This document shows positions 32,474 to 41,431 of a stretch of 64,000 bases of DNA, one piece after another. Under the pieces are notes generated by a model that saw only the letters and a list, made by a program, of their open reading frames with translations, had not been told where the DNA came from and did no database searches. This DNA is from Bacteroidota bacterium (lineage in GTDB: Bacteria; Bacteroidota; Bacteroidia; UBA7662; JAIXUI01). The translations under genes and the position numbers were made by a program. How positions within the stretch are numbered: position 1 is the stretch's first letter; every line of letters starts with the position of its first letter. Where the stretch lies: the NCBI GenBank assembly GCA_027484125.1, contig JAIXUI010000120.1, positions 15,441-79,440 of the forward strand. The letters run 5' to 3'.

Positions 32474-33367
32474 TTAAGACCTTGGATGAAAATGATGATA
32501 AACCTCCAACAGCCTCTCAACACTCAGGTTCGTGTAAACTTGGGTCGCTGCTAGCGAACTGTGTCCTAATAATTCTTTTACAGCGTTCAAATCAGCGCCT
32601 TGGTTGAGTAAGTGAGTTGCAAAGGAATGACGGAAGGCATGTGGGCTTTTACTCTCTGCCTCCTGTACCAAAGTTAAAAAATCATGAACAACACGGTGCA
32701 CCAACATGGGGTAAATTTTTGCTCCTTTTTGTGTCACTATCAATGGCGACTCTTGGCTTGTTGGCGACAATGTTTCCAACCATTCTTCAATCAGTGCCAC
32801 AACTTTCTCAGGTACAGGGACTAAACGTTCTTTTTTCCTTTTTCCGAAGACTTTAATGACACCCTTAGCCGAATCAAAATCTTTCACTTTTAGATTAACA
32901 AGCTCCTCCCTTCGTATCCCAGCACCATATAAAAGCATAATGATTAACTGATTTCTCTTCCCCTCAAACGTCTGAGTACACTCAGGCCTTTCTGCTTCAA
33001 AACGTGCTTCTAGTGCACTCTCTAGCGGTTTTTGTGGTATGGAGCGAGGAAGCAACACCGGTGTTTGTGCAAGTTTTAACCTCGATACCGGATTACTGAT
33101 GATGAATCCTTCTTTTTGCAAATAGCGATAGTACGCTCGAAGGGATGATTTTTTTCTATTTACAGTCTTTGGCGATAGTCCTGAACGTAAAACAGCCACC
33201 AACCAAGATTTAACTTGGGAATTGGTGGCTGTATCGGGACTATCAGAGCCGAATTGGTTCAGAAGATAGTCGGAAAATTGCTGTAAATCGGTAGCGTAAG
33301 CAGTTACTGTCTTCTCAGAATATCGCTTTATTAAAGACAGATGCCTGAGAAACGCCTCAGCATGCAT
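32474..33367 (-). CDS. xerC: Housekeeping tyrosine recombinase (XerC-like)
   Basis: LLYGAGIRREEL (R), GKRKKER (K), SPHAFRHSFATHLL (HxxR), GHSSLAATQVY (H, Y). Confidence 0.85.
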   Translation of the reverse strand: MHAEAFLRHLSLIKRYSEKTVTAYATDLQQFSDYLLNQFGSDSPDTATNSQVKSWLVAVLRSGLSPKTVNRKKSSLRAYYRYLQKEGFIISNPVSRLKLAQTPVLLPRSIPQKPLESALEARFEAERPECTQTFEGKRNQLIIMLLYGAGIRREELVNLKVKDFDSAKGVIKVFGKRKKERLVPVPEKVVALIEEWLETLSPTSQESPLIVTQKGAKIYPMLVHRVVHDFLTLVQEAESKSPHAFRHSFATHLLNQGADLNAVKELLGHSSLAATQVYTNLSVERLLEVYHHFHPRS

Positions 33368-33387
33368 GTGCCTGTACGAGATTCTGG

Positions 33388-33585
33388 TTAGAGCCCCTGC
33401 TCCATGCGCTGCATCTGCTGGCGATATGCGGCACGGATGAGCACCTGACGACGCTTCACAGAAGGCTTTTCAAAAGCTTGGCGTACGCGGAGCTCTTTGA
33501 GAACTCCTGTTTTCTCGAACTTCTTCTTGAAGCGCTTAAGCGCTTTGTCAACGGTTTCGTTGTCTTTTACCTCAATGATAATCAT
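33388..33585 (-). CDS. rpsU: 30S ribosomal protein S21
   Basis: DKALKRFKKKFEKTGVLKELR, FEKPSVKRR. Confidence 0.97.
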   Translation of the reverse strand: MIIIEVKDNETVDKALKRFKKKFEKTGVLKELRVRQAFEKPSVKRRQVLIRAAYRQQMQRMEQGL

Positions 33586-33605
33586 GCTTGCTGTTGTAAG
33601 GAGCG

Positions 33606-33613
33606 CAAAGATA
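33606..33613 (-). promoter_or_regulatory. -7 element (TATCTTTG) of the rpsU-xerC-hpf unit
   Basis: Exact TAnnTTTG match followed by C, 20 nt upstream of the ATG. Confidence 0.7.
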
Positions 33614-33644
33614 GAAAGGGGAATTAAATTGACAAACCCTCTTT

Positions 33645-34784
33645 TTATTTCAAGATTTGTCTGGAAATGACCAGCTTCTGAATTTCTGAGGTTCCTTCAC
33701 CTATGGTGCACAATTTAGAATCGCGGTAGAACTTTTCAACTGGAAAATCTTTGGTATATCCATATCCTCCGAAGATTTGAACACTCTCAACAGAGGCTTT
33801 CACACATACTTCAGAAGCGAAATATTTGGCCATAGCAGACTCTTTGTTAATGTCCTGACCTTCATTCTTTAGAGCTGCTGCGCGGAAAGTAAGCAATTCT
33901 GCTGCTTCAATTTCTGTGGCCATGTCGGCCAATTTGAAGCTGATTCCTTGAAATTCAGCAATAGGCTTTCCGAATTGTTGGCGCTCTTTTGCATACTTGA
34001 GCGAAGCTTCTAAAGCTCCTTTTGCAATTCCTAATGACAGAGCGGCGATAGAAATTCTCCCACCGTCTAAGACCTTCATCGCTTGAATGAATCCATCTCC
34101 AACTTGACCGAGAACATTTTCTTCAGGAATTCTGCAATTCTCAAAAATCATCTCGGTAGTTTCAGATGCACGCATTCCAAGCTTATTCTCTTTGCGGCCA
34201 GCGCTGAATCCCGGAGTTCCACGTTCTACGATGAATGCAGTCATTCCTCTTGAGTCAAGAAGCTCGCCTGTACGTGCTATAACGACAGCCACATTTCCTG
34301 ATTTTCCGTGTGTAATCCAACATTTTGCTCCGTTAAGGACCCATTCGTTGCCATCTTTTACTGCGGTAGTCATCATTCGCATGGCATCTGAACCAGTATT
34401 TGGCTCGGTTAGTCCCCATGCTCCAATCCATTGTCCAGAAGCCAATTTGGGCAGATACTTCTGCTTTTGAGCCTCATTTGCAAAAGACAAAATATGACCG
34501 GTACACAATGAGTTATGAGCGGCCATTGATAATCCGATTGATGGATCAACTTTAGAGAGCTCAACAATTGCGGTTACATATTCCAGGTATCCAAAACCCG
34601 ATCCGCCGTATTGTTCGGGTACCAAGACCCCCATTAATCCTAGCTCACCTAATTGATGAAAAACCTCTACAGGGAAGTGCTGGGATTCATCCCACTCCAT
34701 CATTTGAGGACGGATGTGTTTGTCGGCAAATTGGCGGATAGTTTCAGCGATCATACGCTGATTTTCGGTCTGACTAAAAAACAT
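33645..34784 (-). CDS. Acyl-CoA dehydrogenase
   Basis: [57 protein letters not shown]. Confidence 0.95.
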   Translation of the reverse strand: MFFSQTENQRMIAETIRQFADKHIRPQMMEWDESQHFPVEVFHQLGELGLMGVLVPEQYGGSGFGYLEYVTAIVELSKVDPSIGLSMAAHNSLCTGHILSFANEAQKQKYLPKLASGQWIGAWGLTEPNTGSDAMRMMTTAVKDGNEWVLNGAKCWITHGKSGNVAVVIARTGELLDSRGMTAFIVERGTPGFSAGRKENKLGMRASETTEMIFENCRIPEENVLGQVGDGFIQAMKVLDGGRISIAALSLGIAKGALEASLKYAKERQQFGKPIAEFQGISFKLADMATEIEAAELLTFRAAALKNEGQDINKESAMAKYFASEVCVKASVESVQIFGGYGYTKDFPVEKFYRDSKLCTIGEGTSEIQKLVISRQILK

Positions 34785-34817
34785 AGGATTTGATTGCTAG
34801 GGCGAAATTAGGATTTA

Positions 34818-35732
34818 TCACGGCTTACTCAAGTAAGGTTTAAGTTTTTCGAGCTTTAGGCTATCTAAAAACAACCATTTTTCTGGAGACATGCGCTCCG
34901 GGACGTGTTTGTTTTGTTCTCGGTACCTAATAATTTTTGAAGCGATGTATCTGCCTATGTATGGGTGTTTCCCAAGCGTTTCTCTATCAGCATTGATCCA
35001 GTCTAAAAGCTGATTGGGAGATGAAGACACTTCTAATTGGGGAGCAATTTTCATATAAACTGCTGTGTCTAATCCAAAAACTTCCAGCAGTTGCTCTCTT
35101 CTTACAAAACCGCCAAGTTTGTTCCGATACTTAACAATTCGGGAAGCTAAAACAGGTCCAATATCTGGTAGTCTTTCCCATGCAGCCGAATCTGCATGAT
35201 TAAGCGACAAAATTCTAACGTTTTTGGATGCCACAGGCATTCTTCGTGCTGTTTCATCCGGTAGGTTAGAACGGTTAAATTCAAGTGCTGGAATAGAACG
35301 AGAAAATCGAGCATTATGCTGAAGTAGTTCTTTATCAGCTTCTCTAAGACCATAAATTCGATCAAAGTCTTCTTTCCGACGGAATTGCCCTCCGCTATTC
35401 CTGTATTTAATAATACGAGTTGCAATCCAAGGTTTTACACCAAGTAAAACTAGACTATCCGCAGTAACGGTCATTGGATCAAAAGGAAAACCTTGAGCAT
35501 TAGATTTAGGCTTAGAGTAGTTTGGCTTGTACCGATAATTGGGTTGAACATTACGCTTCAACTTCAAACTATCTGCCCAAGGCTTCCAAACTTCAGAGGG
35601 AATTTCATCATTGCTTGGCCAGTTTAGGACAATGAGGTCAGTAGCAGCTAGAATGCTCAGCCATGCAAGTGCTCCTTTTAGCTCATGTGCACTAACCTGA
35701 AGTTCATTGAAAAGTTCCTTCAGTGATTTCAT
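34818..35732 (-). CDS. ComEA-like helix-hairpin-helix DNA-binding protein
   Basis: Three HhH units (LGVKPWIATRIIKYR, LPDIGPVLASRIVKYR, HPYIGRYIASKII) after an N-terminal TM segment. Confidence 0.85.
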   Translation of the reverse strand: MKSLKELFNELQVSAHELKGALAWLSILAATDLIVLNWPSNDEIPSEVWKPWADSLKLKRNVQPNYRYKPNYSKPKSNAQGFPFDPMTVTADSLVLLGVKPWIATRIIKYRNSGGQFRRKEDFDRIYGLREADKELLQHNARFSRSIPALEFNRSNLPDETARRMPVASKNVRILSLNHADSAAWERLPDIGPVLASRIVKYRNKLGGFVRREQLLEVFGLDTAVYMKIAPQLEVSSSPNQLLDWINADRETLGKHPYIGRYIASKIIRYREQNKHVPERMSPEKWLFLDSLKLEKLKPYLSKP

Positions 35733-35739
35733 GCATAAG

Positions 35740-36639
35740 CTATTTTCTAAACTGGCTCATCACCAGAGCGATGCCTTCCTCAAAAGAATGAGGCTCAAAA
35801 CCAAGCTCTCTTCTGGCTTTGTCTAAAATAAAACCTGTTCTGGGAGGACGTTTGGCTTTTTGATTTAGTGTTGAAGATGAAACTGTTTGTACTAAAGAAT
35901 CATCCAATTTGAAGTAACGGGCTACCCGGGCTACCAATTCACGAATCGACATAAAGTCTTTTCCGGAAATGTTGTAAACCCCATTCGCTTTTTGAACCGC
36001 TGCCAAATAGCAACCCATTGCTAAATCTTCCGCAAGAGTTGGAGTTCGGAATTGATCATCTACAACTTTAATGGGCTGCTGTTTTTCAAGAGCTCCCTTA
36101 GCCCATAATACAATATTGGAACGGCTCATGTCTTCTGCGATTCCATAAACCAATACTGTTCTTATAATTGAAGCTGAAATTCCGCTATCAAGCACTAGTT
36201 TTTCAGCTTCTAACTTTGATTCTCCATAGTAACTCAAAGGGGCAGCAACAGCCTCTTCGGTATATGGCCCATGCAAGCCATCAAAGATGAAGTCAGTAGA
36301 AACATGTACTAAATGCGCATTTACAGATTTGCATGCTTCAATCCAATTTGCAACTGCATCAACATTGAGATTCCAGCACAATTCTCTTTGATCTTCACAA
36401 TCATCCACTTGGGTCATGGCCGCAGTATGAATAACCGCATCAGGACGGTAAGATTCTGCTATTTTCATCACCTCATCCCTGTTGGTGATATCTACGGATT
36501 GATATTGAAATGAGCCCGCTTGGGTAACGCGATTAACACCTCTTGCGGTAGCAAGAAATTGGTGCTCCGGATATTTCTGCAGCAGATAAACAAGCTTTTG
36601 GCCCAAAAGTCCGTTGCTACCAGTTATTAATATTTTCAT
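35740..36639 (-). CDS. RmlD/RfbD-like NAD(P)-dependent oxidoreductase (extended SDR)
   Basis: ITGSNGLLG, HTAAMTQVDDCE, HVSTDFIFDG, YGESK, DQFRTPT. Confidence 0.9.
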   Translation of the reverse strand: MKILITGSNGLLGQKLVYLLQKYPEHQFLATARGVNRVTQAGSFQYQSVDITNRDEVMKIAESYRPDAVIHTAAMTQVDDCEDQRELCWNLNVDAVANWIEACKSVNAHLVHVSTDFIFDGLHGPYTEEAVAAPLSYYGESKLEAEKLVLDSGISASIIRTVLVYGIAEDMSRSNIVLWAKGALEKQQPIKVVDDQFRTPTLAEDLAMGCYLAAVQKANGVYNISGKDFMSIRELVARVARYFKLDDSLVQTVSSSTLNQKAKRPPRTGFILDKARRELGFEPHSFEEGIALVMSQFRK

Positions 36640-36650
36640 AGAAGGTTCGT

Positions 36651-36869
36651 TTATAGGTCCCAAATGGAAGGACGACGATTAAAATGTTGCCGAATTTGCA
36701 TCCAAAAAGCCAAAGTAAAGTAAAGCACAAGGGGAGAGCCCAGTGTGAGAAAAGAGGCATATATGAACACTTTTCTAAGTGAAGTAGAAGAAATCCCTAC
36801 CCTATCCGCAACTTCGGTGCAAACTCCGAAGGAGTACTTTTCCAATCGAGTGATGAGCGTGGTTTTCAT
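36651..36869 (-). CDS. PspC domain-containing small membrane protein
   Basis: FGVCTEVADRVGI...LRKVFIYASFLTLGSPLVLY is the Bacteroidota PspC pattern. Confidence 0.8.
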   Translation of the reverse strand: MKTTLITRLEKYSFGVCTEVADRVGISSTSLRKVFIYASFLTLGSPLVLYFTLAFWMQIRQHFNRRPSIWDL

Positions 36870-36923
36870 GGTTTCGAAAATGATGAATTTATCGCGTTAG
36901 TTCAACATCTACTTAAGAATTAG

Positions 36924-36982
36924 TGTACCAAATTCTGGAAAAGTCCCATAATCAGGACAAGCACTGTCCGAAAATTGGTACA
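36924..36982. promoter_or_regulatory. Three tandem 18-bp palindromic sites (TGTCC-N8-GGACA-like), putative enhancer-binding-protein UAS
   Basis: TGTAC-CAAATTCT-GGAAA (36924-41), AGTCC-CATAATCA-GGACA (36942-59), TGTCC-GAAAATTG-GTACA (36965-82). Confidence 0.6.
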
Positions 36983-37085
36983 CTTTTACATTCAAGCTAA
37001 GTTACTCAACTGAAATTCTCGGACTTCAATGTTAGGTTAGGATTGAATAAAGGGCTATCGAAACAAAATTTCCACACAACAAAAA

Positions 37086-37103
37086 TTTGGCACACTAATT
37101 GAA
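37086..37103 (+). promoter_or_regulatory. Putative sigma54 (-24/-12) promoter
   Basis: TTTGGCACACTAATTGAA: GG at 37089-90, exactly 10 nt, then GA at 37101-02 (consensus TGGCAC-N5-TTGC with the C replaced by A). Confidence 0.7.
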
Positions 37104-37113
37104 GCAAGGCAGA

Positions 37114-37171
37114 CATCTTTAATGGGGTTAATGAAGCGGGCTGGTCGAAATGATCGGCCCGCTTCTTTTTT
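37114..37171 (+). ncRNA. Putative sigma54-dependent small RNA (about 58 nt)
   Basis: The promoter predicts +1 near 37114. A 19-nt single-stranded CATCTTTAATGGGGTTAAT segment is followed by a + strand terminator; no credible ORF. Confidence 0.6.
37133..37171 (+). terminator. Intrinsic terminator, + strand polarity
   Basis: GAAGCGGGCTGGTC-GAAAT-GATCGGCCCGCTTC followed by TTTTTT; the - strand has no U-run. Confidence 0.8.
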
Positions 37172-37174
37172 GCG

Positions 37175-38287
37175 TTATTCTGTTGGCCCTACCCATTTAA
37201 TCCGGGCGCCTGGCAAACTCTTTATTAATCCTTCCAACTCAAGTTGTAGTAAAGTTGCTGCAAGTGTTGAGTTGTTTAGTTCTAAAGCACCAGCAAGGCT
37301 ATCAATAAAGTTACTCCCAGAATTGACGAGCAGTTTAATCTTGGCTTCAACCTCGTTGAGTGGCCTTGAAAATGTTATCGTCAACTGTTGATGCGAATTG
37401 CTATCCTGATCCCAATTCATGGCTTGAATCAAGTCGGTTGACTTGGTTACTAAGGCTGCTTTATTTTGCCGAATAAGCTCTAAGCATCCTTCAGAAAACG
37501 CATCGTTTATTCTTCCAGGTACAGCATAAACATCTCTGTTATATCCTAAAGCAAGTTCTGCTGTAATTAATGCACCCCCCGATTTTGAGGCCTCTACCAC
37601 TAATACTGCATCAGCCAATCCTGCGATAATCCTATTTCTTCTAGGGAAATTTTCCTTAACCAGCTTGGTAAATGGAGGAAATTCCGAGACAAGTCCGCCA
37701 TTTTCAATCATTCTCATCGCCAGTCTATGATGATCAGATGGATAAATTTTATCAAGGCCATGCGCTAAAATTCCAACGGTTGGCAACCCAACCTTTACGG
37801 CTTGGCGATGAGCAGCACTATCTATCCCATAAGCCAAACCGGAGACTATCAATACTTGCATTTTTTCCGCCAATTGCGCAATGAACTGCTCTGTGGTTCT
37901 TTGGCCATGAGCGGTGGCAGATCTTGTTCCGACAACCGCTAAAGCCCTTGGAGAATTTAAAGAACATGGACCTTTTTTAAACAATACCAAAGGCGAGTCC
38001 TCGCACTCTCGAAGTCTATTTGGGTATTCTTGAAGACTTATGCCGATGATCTGAACATCTTCCTTTTTACAAGTTTTTACAACCATTTCGGCTGCTCTTA
38101 AAGTATCAGCATGTAGCAGTTTGTTTACTTTAGAAGGGCCTAATCCGGGAATTCGAAGAAGGTTTTTAGATCCTGACTGAAAAATGGACTCGGCATCCAC
38201 AAAAGTTCTGAGTAAACCACGAGCTTGGCGTGGTCCTAACCCAGAGGTGACAGCCAAAGCAACTTCGAATATATTTTCTAAGGACAC
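37175..38287 (-). CDS. dprA: DNA-processing protein DprA
   Basis: LAVVGTR, IVSGLAYGID, NFPRRNRIIAGL, VVEASKSGGALITA, AVPGRI; GTG start. Confidence 0.95.
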   Translation of the reverse strand: MSLENIFEVALAVTSGLGPRQARGLLRTFVDAESIFQSGSKNLLRIPGLGPSKVNKLLHADTLRAAEMVVKTCKKEDVQIIGISLQEYPNRLRECEDSPLVLFKKGPCSLNSPRALAVVGTRSATAHGQRTTEQFIAQLAEKMQVLIVSGLAYGIDSAAHRQAVKVGLPTVGILAHGLDKIYPSDHHRLAMRMIENGGLVSEFPPFTKLVKENFPRRNRIIAGLADAVLVVEASKSGGALITAELALGYNRDVYAVPGRINDAFSEGCLELIRQNKAALVTKSTDLIQAMNWDQDSNSHQQLTITFSRPLNEVEAKIKLLVNSGSNFIDSLAGALELNNSTLAATLLQLELEGLIKSLPGARIKWVGPTE

Positions 38288-38323
38288 AAATAGTGGTTAT
38301 TTTCACGAAACAAGATAACGCAG

Positions 38324-40636
38324 ATGAAGCCAACCTTACAAAAACTTTCTTTAGCTATAATATTGATTTTCAACTCAATAGGGGTTTTTTCTCAGAGCAT
38401 TTCGGGTTTTATATTTAACGAAAAAACTCAGGAACCACTAGAAGGCGTGACGGTTGCAACAGGACCAGGAAAAGGAGTGACTAGTAGTGAGGGAGGAAAA
38501 TTCACCATTAAATTGAATGAAGAAGACAAGAAACTCATATTTTCTTACGTGGGCTTTGAGAAGCGAACGCTATTAATTAGCTCACTTCCTGAAAAGGAAA
38601 TTAAAATTGGTCTGAAACCTCTTCCTACCGGATTGAATCAGGTCGTTGTCTCGTCCGGAAAGTTTCAACAATCTCGCTCCGAAGTGCCCGTTTCAATGGA
38701 GGTCTTCAACGAGCAGTTTGTCCTCAATAACAACTCTCTTACTATGGATGACGCTTTAAACCGAGTATCCGGGGTGAACGTTTTAAGGGGTCAGGTGAAT
38801 ATCCGAGGTTCAAGCGGCTTTAGCTATGGAGTTGGAAGCCGAGTAATGATGCTTTACGACGATATGCCTTTCCTTACTGCTGATGCTGGAGAAATCAGGT
38901 GGGTGATGGTTCCATTAGAGAACATTGAACAGGTTGAGGTAATTAAAGGTGCCTCTTCGGCGCTGTATGGTTCCAATGCTTTAGCCGGGTTGGTACATTT
39001 TAGAACTGCGAGTCCAGGTTTAAAGCCTCGTACCACCATTACCACATTCAATACACTCTACGACAACCCTCCTTTCCCCCATAAGAGGCCTTGGGGCGAC
39101 AACTCCAACCCCATTGCACAAGGACTATCGGTAAGTCATAGCCAGCGAATTGGACGGCTTTCTTTGGTTACCTCTATGAGTTTAATCAATGACCAAGGTT
39201 ACAGAATAGGAGAAAAAAGCACCAGAGGTCGTTTTAATGCCAATTTAAAGTATCAAACCGGTATTAAAGGATTGACTTTAGGCCTCAATATGTCTGGTAT
39301 GGTGGACTCTTTACGACTCTACACATTCTGGCAGAACGACACCATGGCATGGGCTCCAGCTCCGCTTTCCGTTAATAATCAGCTACAATACCGAATCATG
39401 ATTGACCCCACTGTGACTTGGGTCCCTAACGATCATGAAAAGCACACATTTAGAAACCGATTCTTCCGCAACTACCTCAGCTTCGATGAAGATTTTGAAA
39501 TCGCCTGGGGCAATATGTACTACTCCGAGTATCAATACCAACATCGTTTTAGTTGGAAATGGGCTGAGAAAACCGTGGTAACGGCAGGGATGATCAATCA
39601 GTATAATCAAATTGGAAGTGATAAACTTTATGGTGAACGCCATGGAACTAACCAAGCTGCTTATGTTCAAGTAGATCAAACAATTGGCAGATTAAACTGG
39701 AACCTAGGAGGCAGGTATGAATGGCACAACATTGAGCAAGGCACCCGAAAATTTGATTATCCTGTATTTCGTTCGGGTATCAACTACAGAATTCTAAGAA
39801 AAACATGGCTTAGAGCCACTTATGGAGAAGGCGTACGCGTTCCTTCCATTGCAGAATTGTATGCAAAATCTATGATTGGCACCAATGCCATCCTGCCCAA
39901 TGTTGACCTTATAGCAGAACGAAGTTGGAGTTACGAAGCGGGAATACGACAAGAGTTTGCAAAAGGCAAATTCAGTGGAAACATTGAAGCCAGCTATTTT
40001 CATACAGACTACATTAATATGATTGAATACCGCCTAGGGGTGCGACTCAGCGGCCCACAAACACCTACTGAGATATCCTTCAAGCCCAACAACATTGTTA
40101 ATGCAAGAATTTACGGCGCTGAAATCACTACACAAATGGGGTATGTATTCCGGGATGGCGCTATTAACATTTCTACCGGATACACCTGGCTTATGCCTTA
40201 TGATTTAAGCCCAGACTTTAATTTTTATGCTGGCCTACCTGATACTATGAAAAATTTAGCGCAAGGACTAGTTCCGGAAGATTTGCAGCGCATTTTACCC
40301 TACCGATACAACCATTTGGTGCGGGCAGACTTTGAAATAAAGTATAAGAAAATCACTGTAGGCAGCAACATGCGTTACAACAGCTTTATGGTAAACATCG
40401 AGAATGTCTATTACCCCATTAGCGCGTCAGGATTAATCGGAAGAGGTTTACTTGACCAGCGATTAAGAGGTCTATCAGGCGACCTTGTTTGGGACTTCCG
40501 CTTTTATTTTGAGCCCAACGAGCACTGGAAAATTGGTGTAATCGCTAGAAATGCCTTTAACCGTGCTGTTATGAGCATTCCATTCAATATGGCAGAGCAG
40601 CGAAGCGTGACGGTTCAATTACAATGTCGAATTTAG
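38324..40636 (+). CDS. TonB-dependent outer-membrane receptor
   Basis: Signal peptide, N-terminal carboxypeptidase-regulatory-like domain, plug (IEQVEVIKGASSALYGSNALAG) and beta-barrel. Substrate unknown. Confidence 0.92.
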   Translation: MKPTLQKLSLAIILIFNSIGVFSQSISGFIFNEKTQEPLEGVTVATGPGKGVTSSEGGKFTIKLNEEDKKLIFSYVGFEKRTLLISSLPEKEIKIGLKPLPTGLNQVVVSSGKFQQSRSEVPVSMEVFNEQFVLNNNSLTMDDALNRVSGVNVLRGQVNIRGSSGFSYGVGSRVMMLYDDMPFLTADAGEIRWVMVPLENIEQVEVIKGASSALYGSNALAGLVHFRTASPGLKPRTTITTFNTLYDNPPFPHKRPWGDNSNPIAQGLSVSHSQRIGRLSLVTSMSLINDQGYRIGEKSTRGRFNANLKYQTGIKGLTLGLNMSGMVDSLRLYTFWQNDTMAWAPAPLSVNNQLQYRIMIDPTVTWVPNDHEKHTFRNRFFRNYLSFDEDFEIAWGNMYYSEYQYQHRFSWKWAEKTVVTAGMINQYNQIGSDKLYGERHGTNQAAYVQVDQTIGRLNWNLGGRYEWHNIEQGTRKFDYPVFRSGINYRILRKTWLRATYGEGVRVPSIAELYAKSMIGTNAILPNVDLIAERSWSYEAGIRQEFAKGKFSGNIEASYFHTDYINMIEYRLGVRLSGPQTPTEISFKPNNIVNARIYGAEITTQMGYVFRDGAINISTGYTWLMPYDLSPDFNFYAGLPDTMKNLAQGLVPEDLQRILPYRYNHLVRADFEIKYKKITVGSNMRYNSFMVNIENVYYPISASGLIGRGLLDQRLRGLSGDLVWDFRFYFEPNEHWKIGVIARNAFNRAVMSIPFNMAEQRSVTVQLQCRI

Positions 40637-40640
40637 CCTC

Positions 40641-41348
40641 ATGAAACGTCGTCAATTTCTTAAGCTCACTGCATTTGCAGGCACAGGGCTCTGGCTTGGT
40701 GCTCCTCATGCATGGGGTGCAGCTTCTGCATCTGCAGATTTTAGCTTACCTCCCCTACCCTATCCTTATCCTGCTTTAACACCTGTTATTGATGCACTTA
40801 CCATGGAAATTCATCATAGTAAACATCACCAAGCCTATGTTGACAATCTTAACAAAGCGCTAAAAACAGCCGATCCTAAGTTTCTCAATGTTAAACTTGA
40901 AACTTTGATGTCATTGATTGATAGCCAAGCGCCAGTAGCAATCCGAAATAATGGCGGTGGCCATTACAACCACAGCATGTTTTGGAAGTTGCTTCAACCA
41001 GCGAAAGCAGATAATCAGCCCAAAGGCGAGTTAAAAAAGTCCATTGAAGCACAGTTTGGGAGTTTTGATCAGTTTAAGAGCCAATTTCAGGATGCTGCAT
41101 TAAAAGTTTTTGGCTCCGGGTGGGTTTGGCTTTTTAAAACTCAAGAGGGCCAATTGAAGGTTGGCACTACTGCCAACCAAGACAATCCTTTAATGCCAGT
41201 CTCCGCCATTCAAGGCCAACCAGTTCTCGCCCTTGATGTTTGGGAACATGCTTATTACCTTCAATATCAAAACAAGCGTAAGGACTACATCCAAAATTTT
41301 TGGCAAATTGTAAACTGGAGCCAAGCCGAATCCAATTTCAAACTGTAA
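40641..41348 (+). CDS. sodA: Fe/Mn superoxide dismutase (Mn-type signatures) with Tat signal
   Basis: MKRRQFLK twin-arginine motif; metal ligands in IHHSKHH, NNGGGHYNH, DVWEHAYY. Confidence 0.9.
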   Translation: MKRRQFLKLTAFAGTGLWLGAPHAWGAASASADFSLPPLPYPYPALTPVIDALTMEIHHSKHHQAYVDNLNKALKTADPKFLNVKLETLMSLIDSQAPVAIRNNGGGHYNHSMFWKLLQPAKADNQPKGELKKSIEAQFGSFDQFKSQFQDAALKVFGSGWVWLFKTQEGQLKVGTTANQDNPLMPVSAIQGQPVLALDVWEHAYYLQYQNKRKDYIQNFWQIVNWSQAESNFKL

Positions 41349-41362
41349 GTCAGTTTATCAAT

Positions 41363-41410
41363 AAAAAAAGGGGAAGAAGCCATGCGCTTTCGCATCGTTT
41401 CTTCCCCTTT
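41363..41410. terminator. Terminator between convergent sodA and pyk
   Basis: AAAGGGGAAGAA...TTCTTCCCCTTT stem with an inner ATGCG/CGCAT stem; the longer T-run is on the - strand. Confidence 0.75.
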
Positions 41411-41431
41411 AGGTGGTGAAGGTTTTAGTAT

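Noticed and set aside
33586-33605. Looked for the strong Shine-Dalgarno reported for rpsU autoregulation in Flavobacteriia
   Set aside because: The leader (GCTCCTTACAACAGCAAGC) has no SD-like GGAGG, so that mechanism is not supported here.
37122-37391. 89-aa + strand ORF starting in the candidate sRNA
   Set aside because: It crosses a strong + strand terminator and is otherwise the antisense shadow of dprA.
34818-38287. ComEA-like gene and dprA close together as a competence island
   Set aside because: Both are widespread core genes separated by unrelated genes; no comEC or pilus genes are present.
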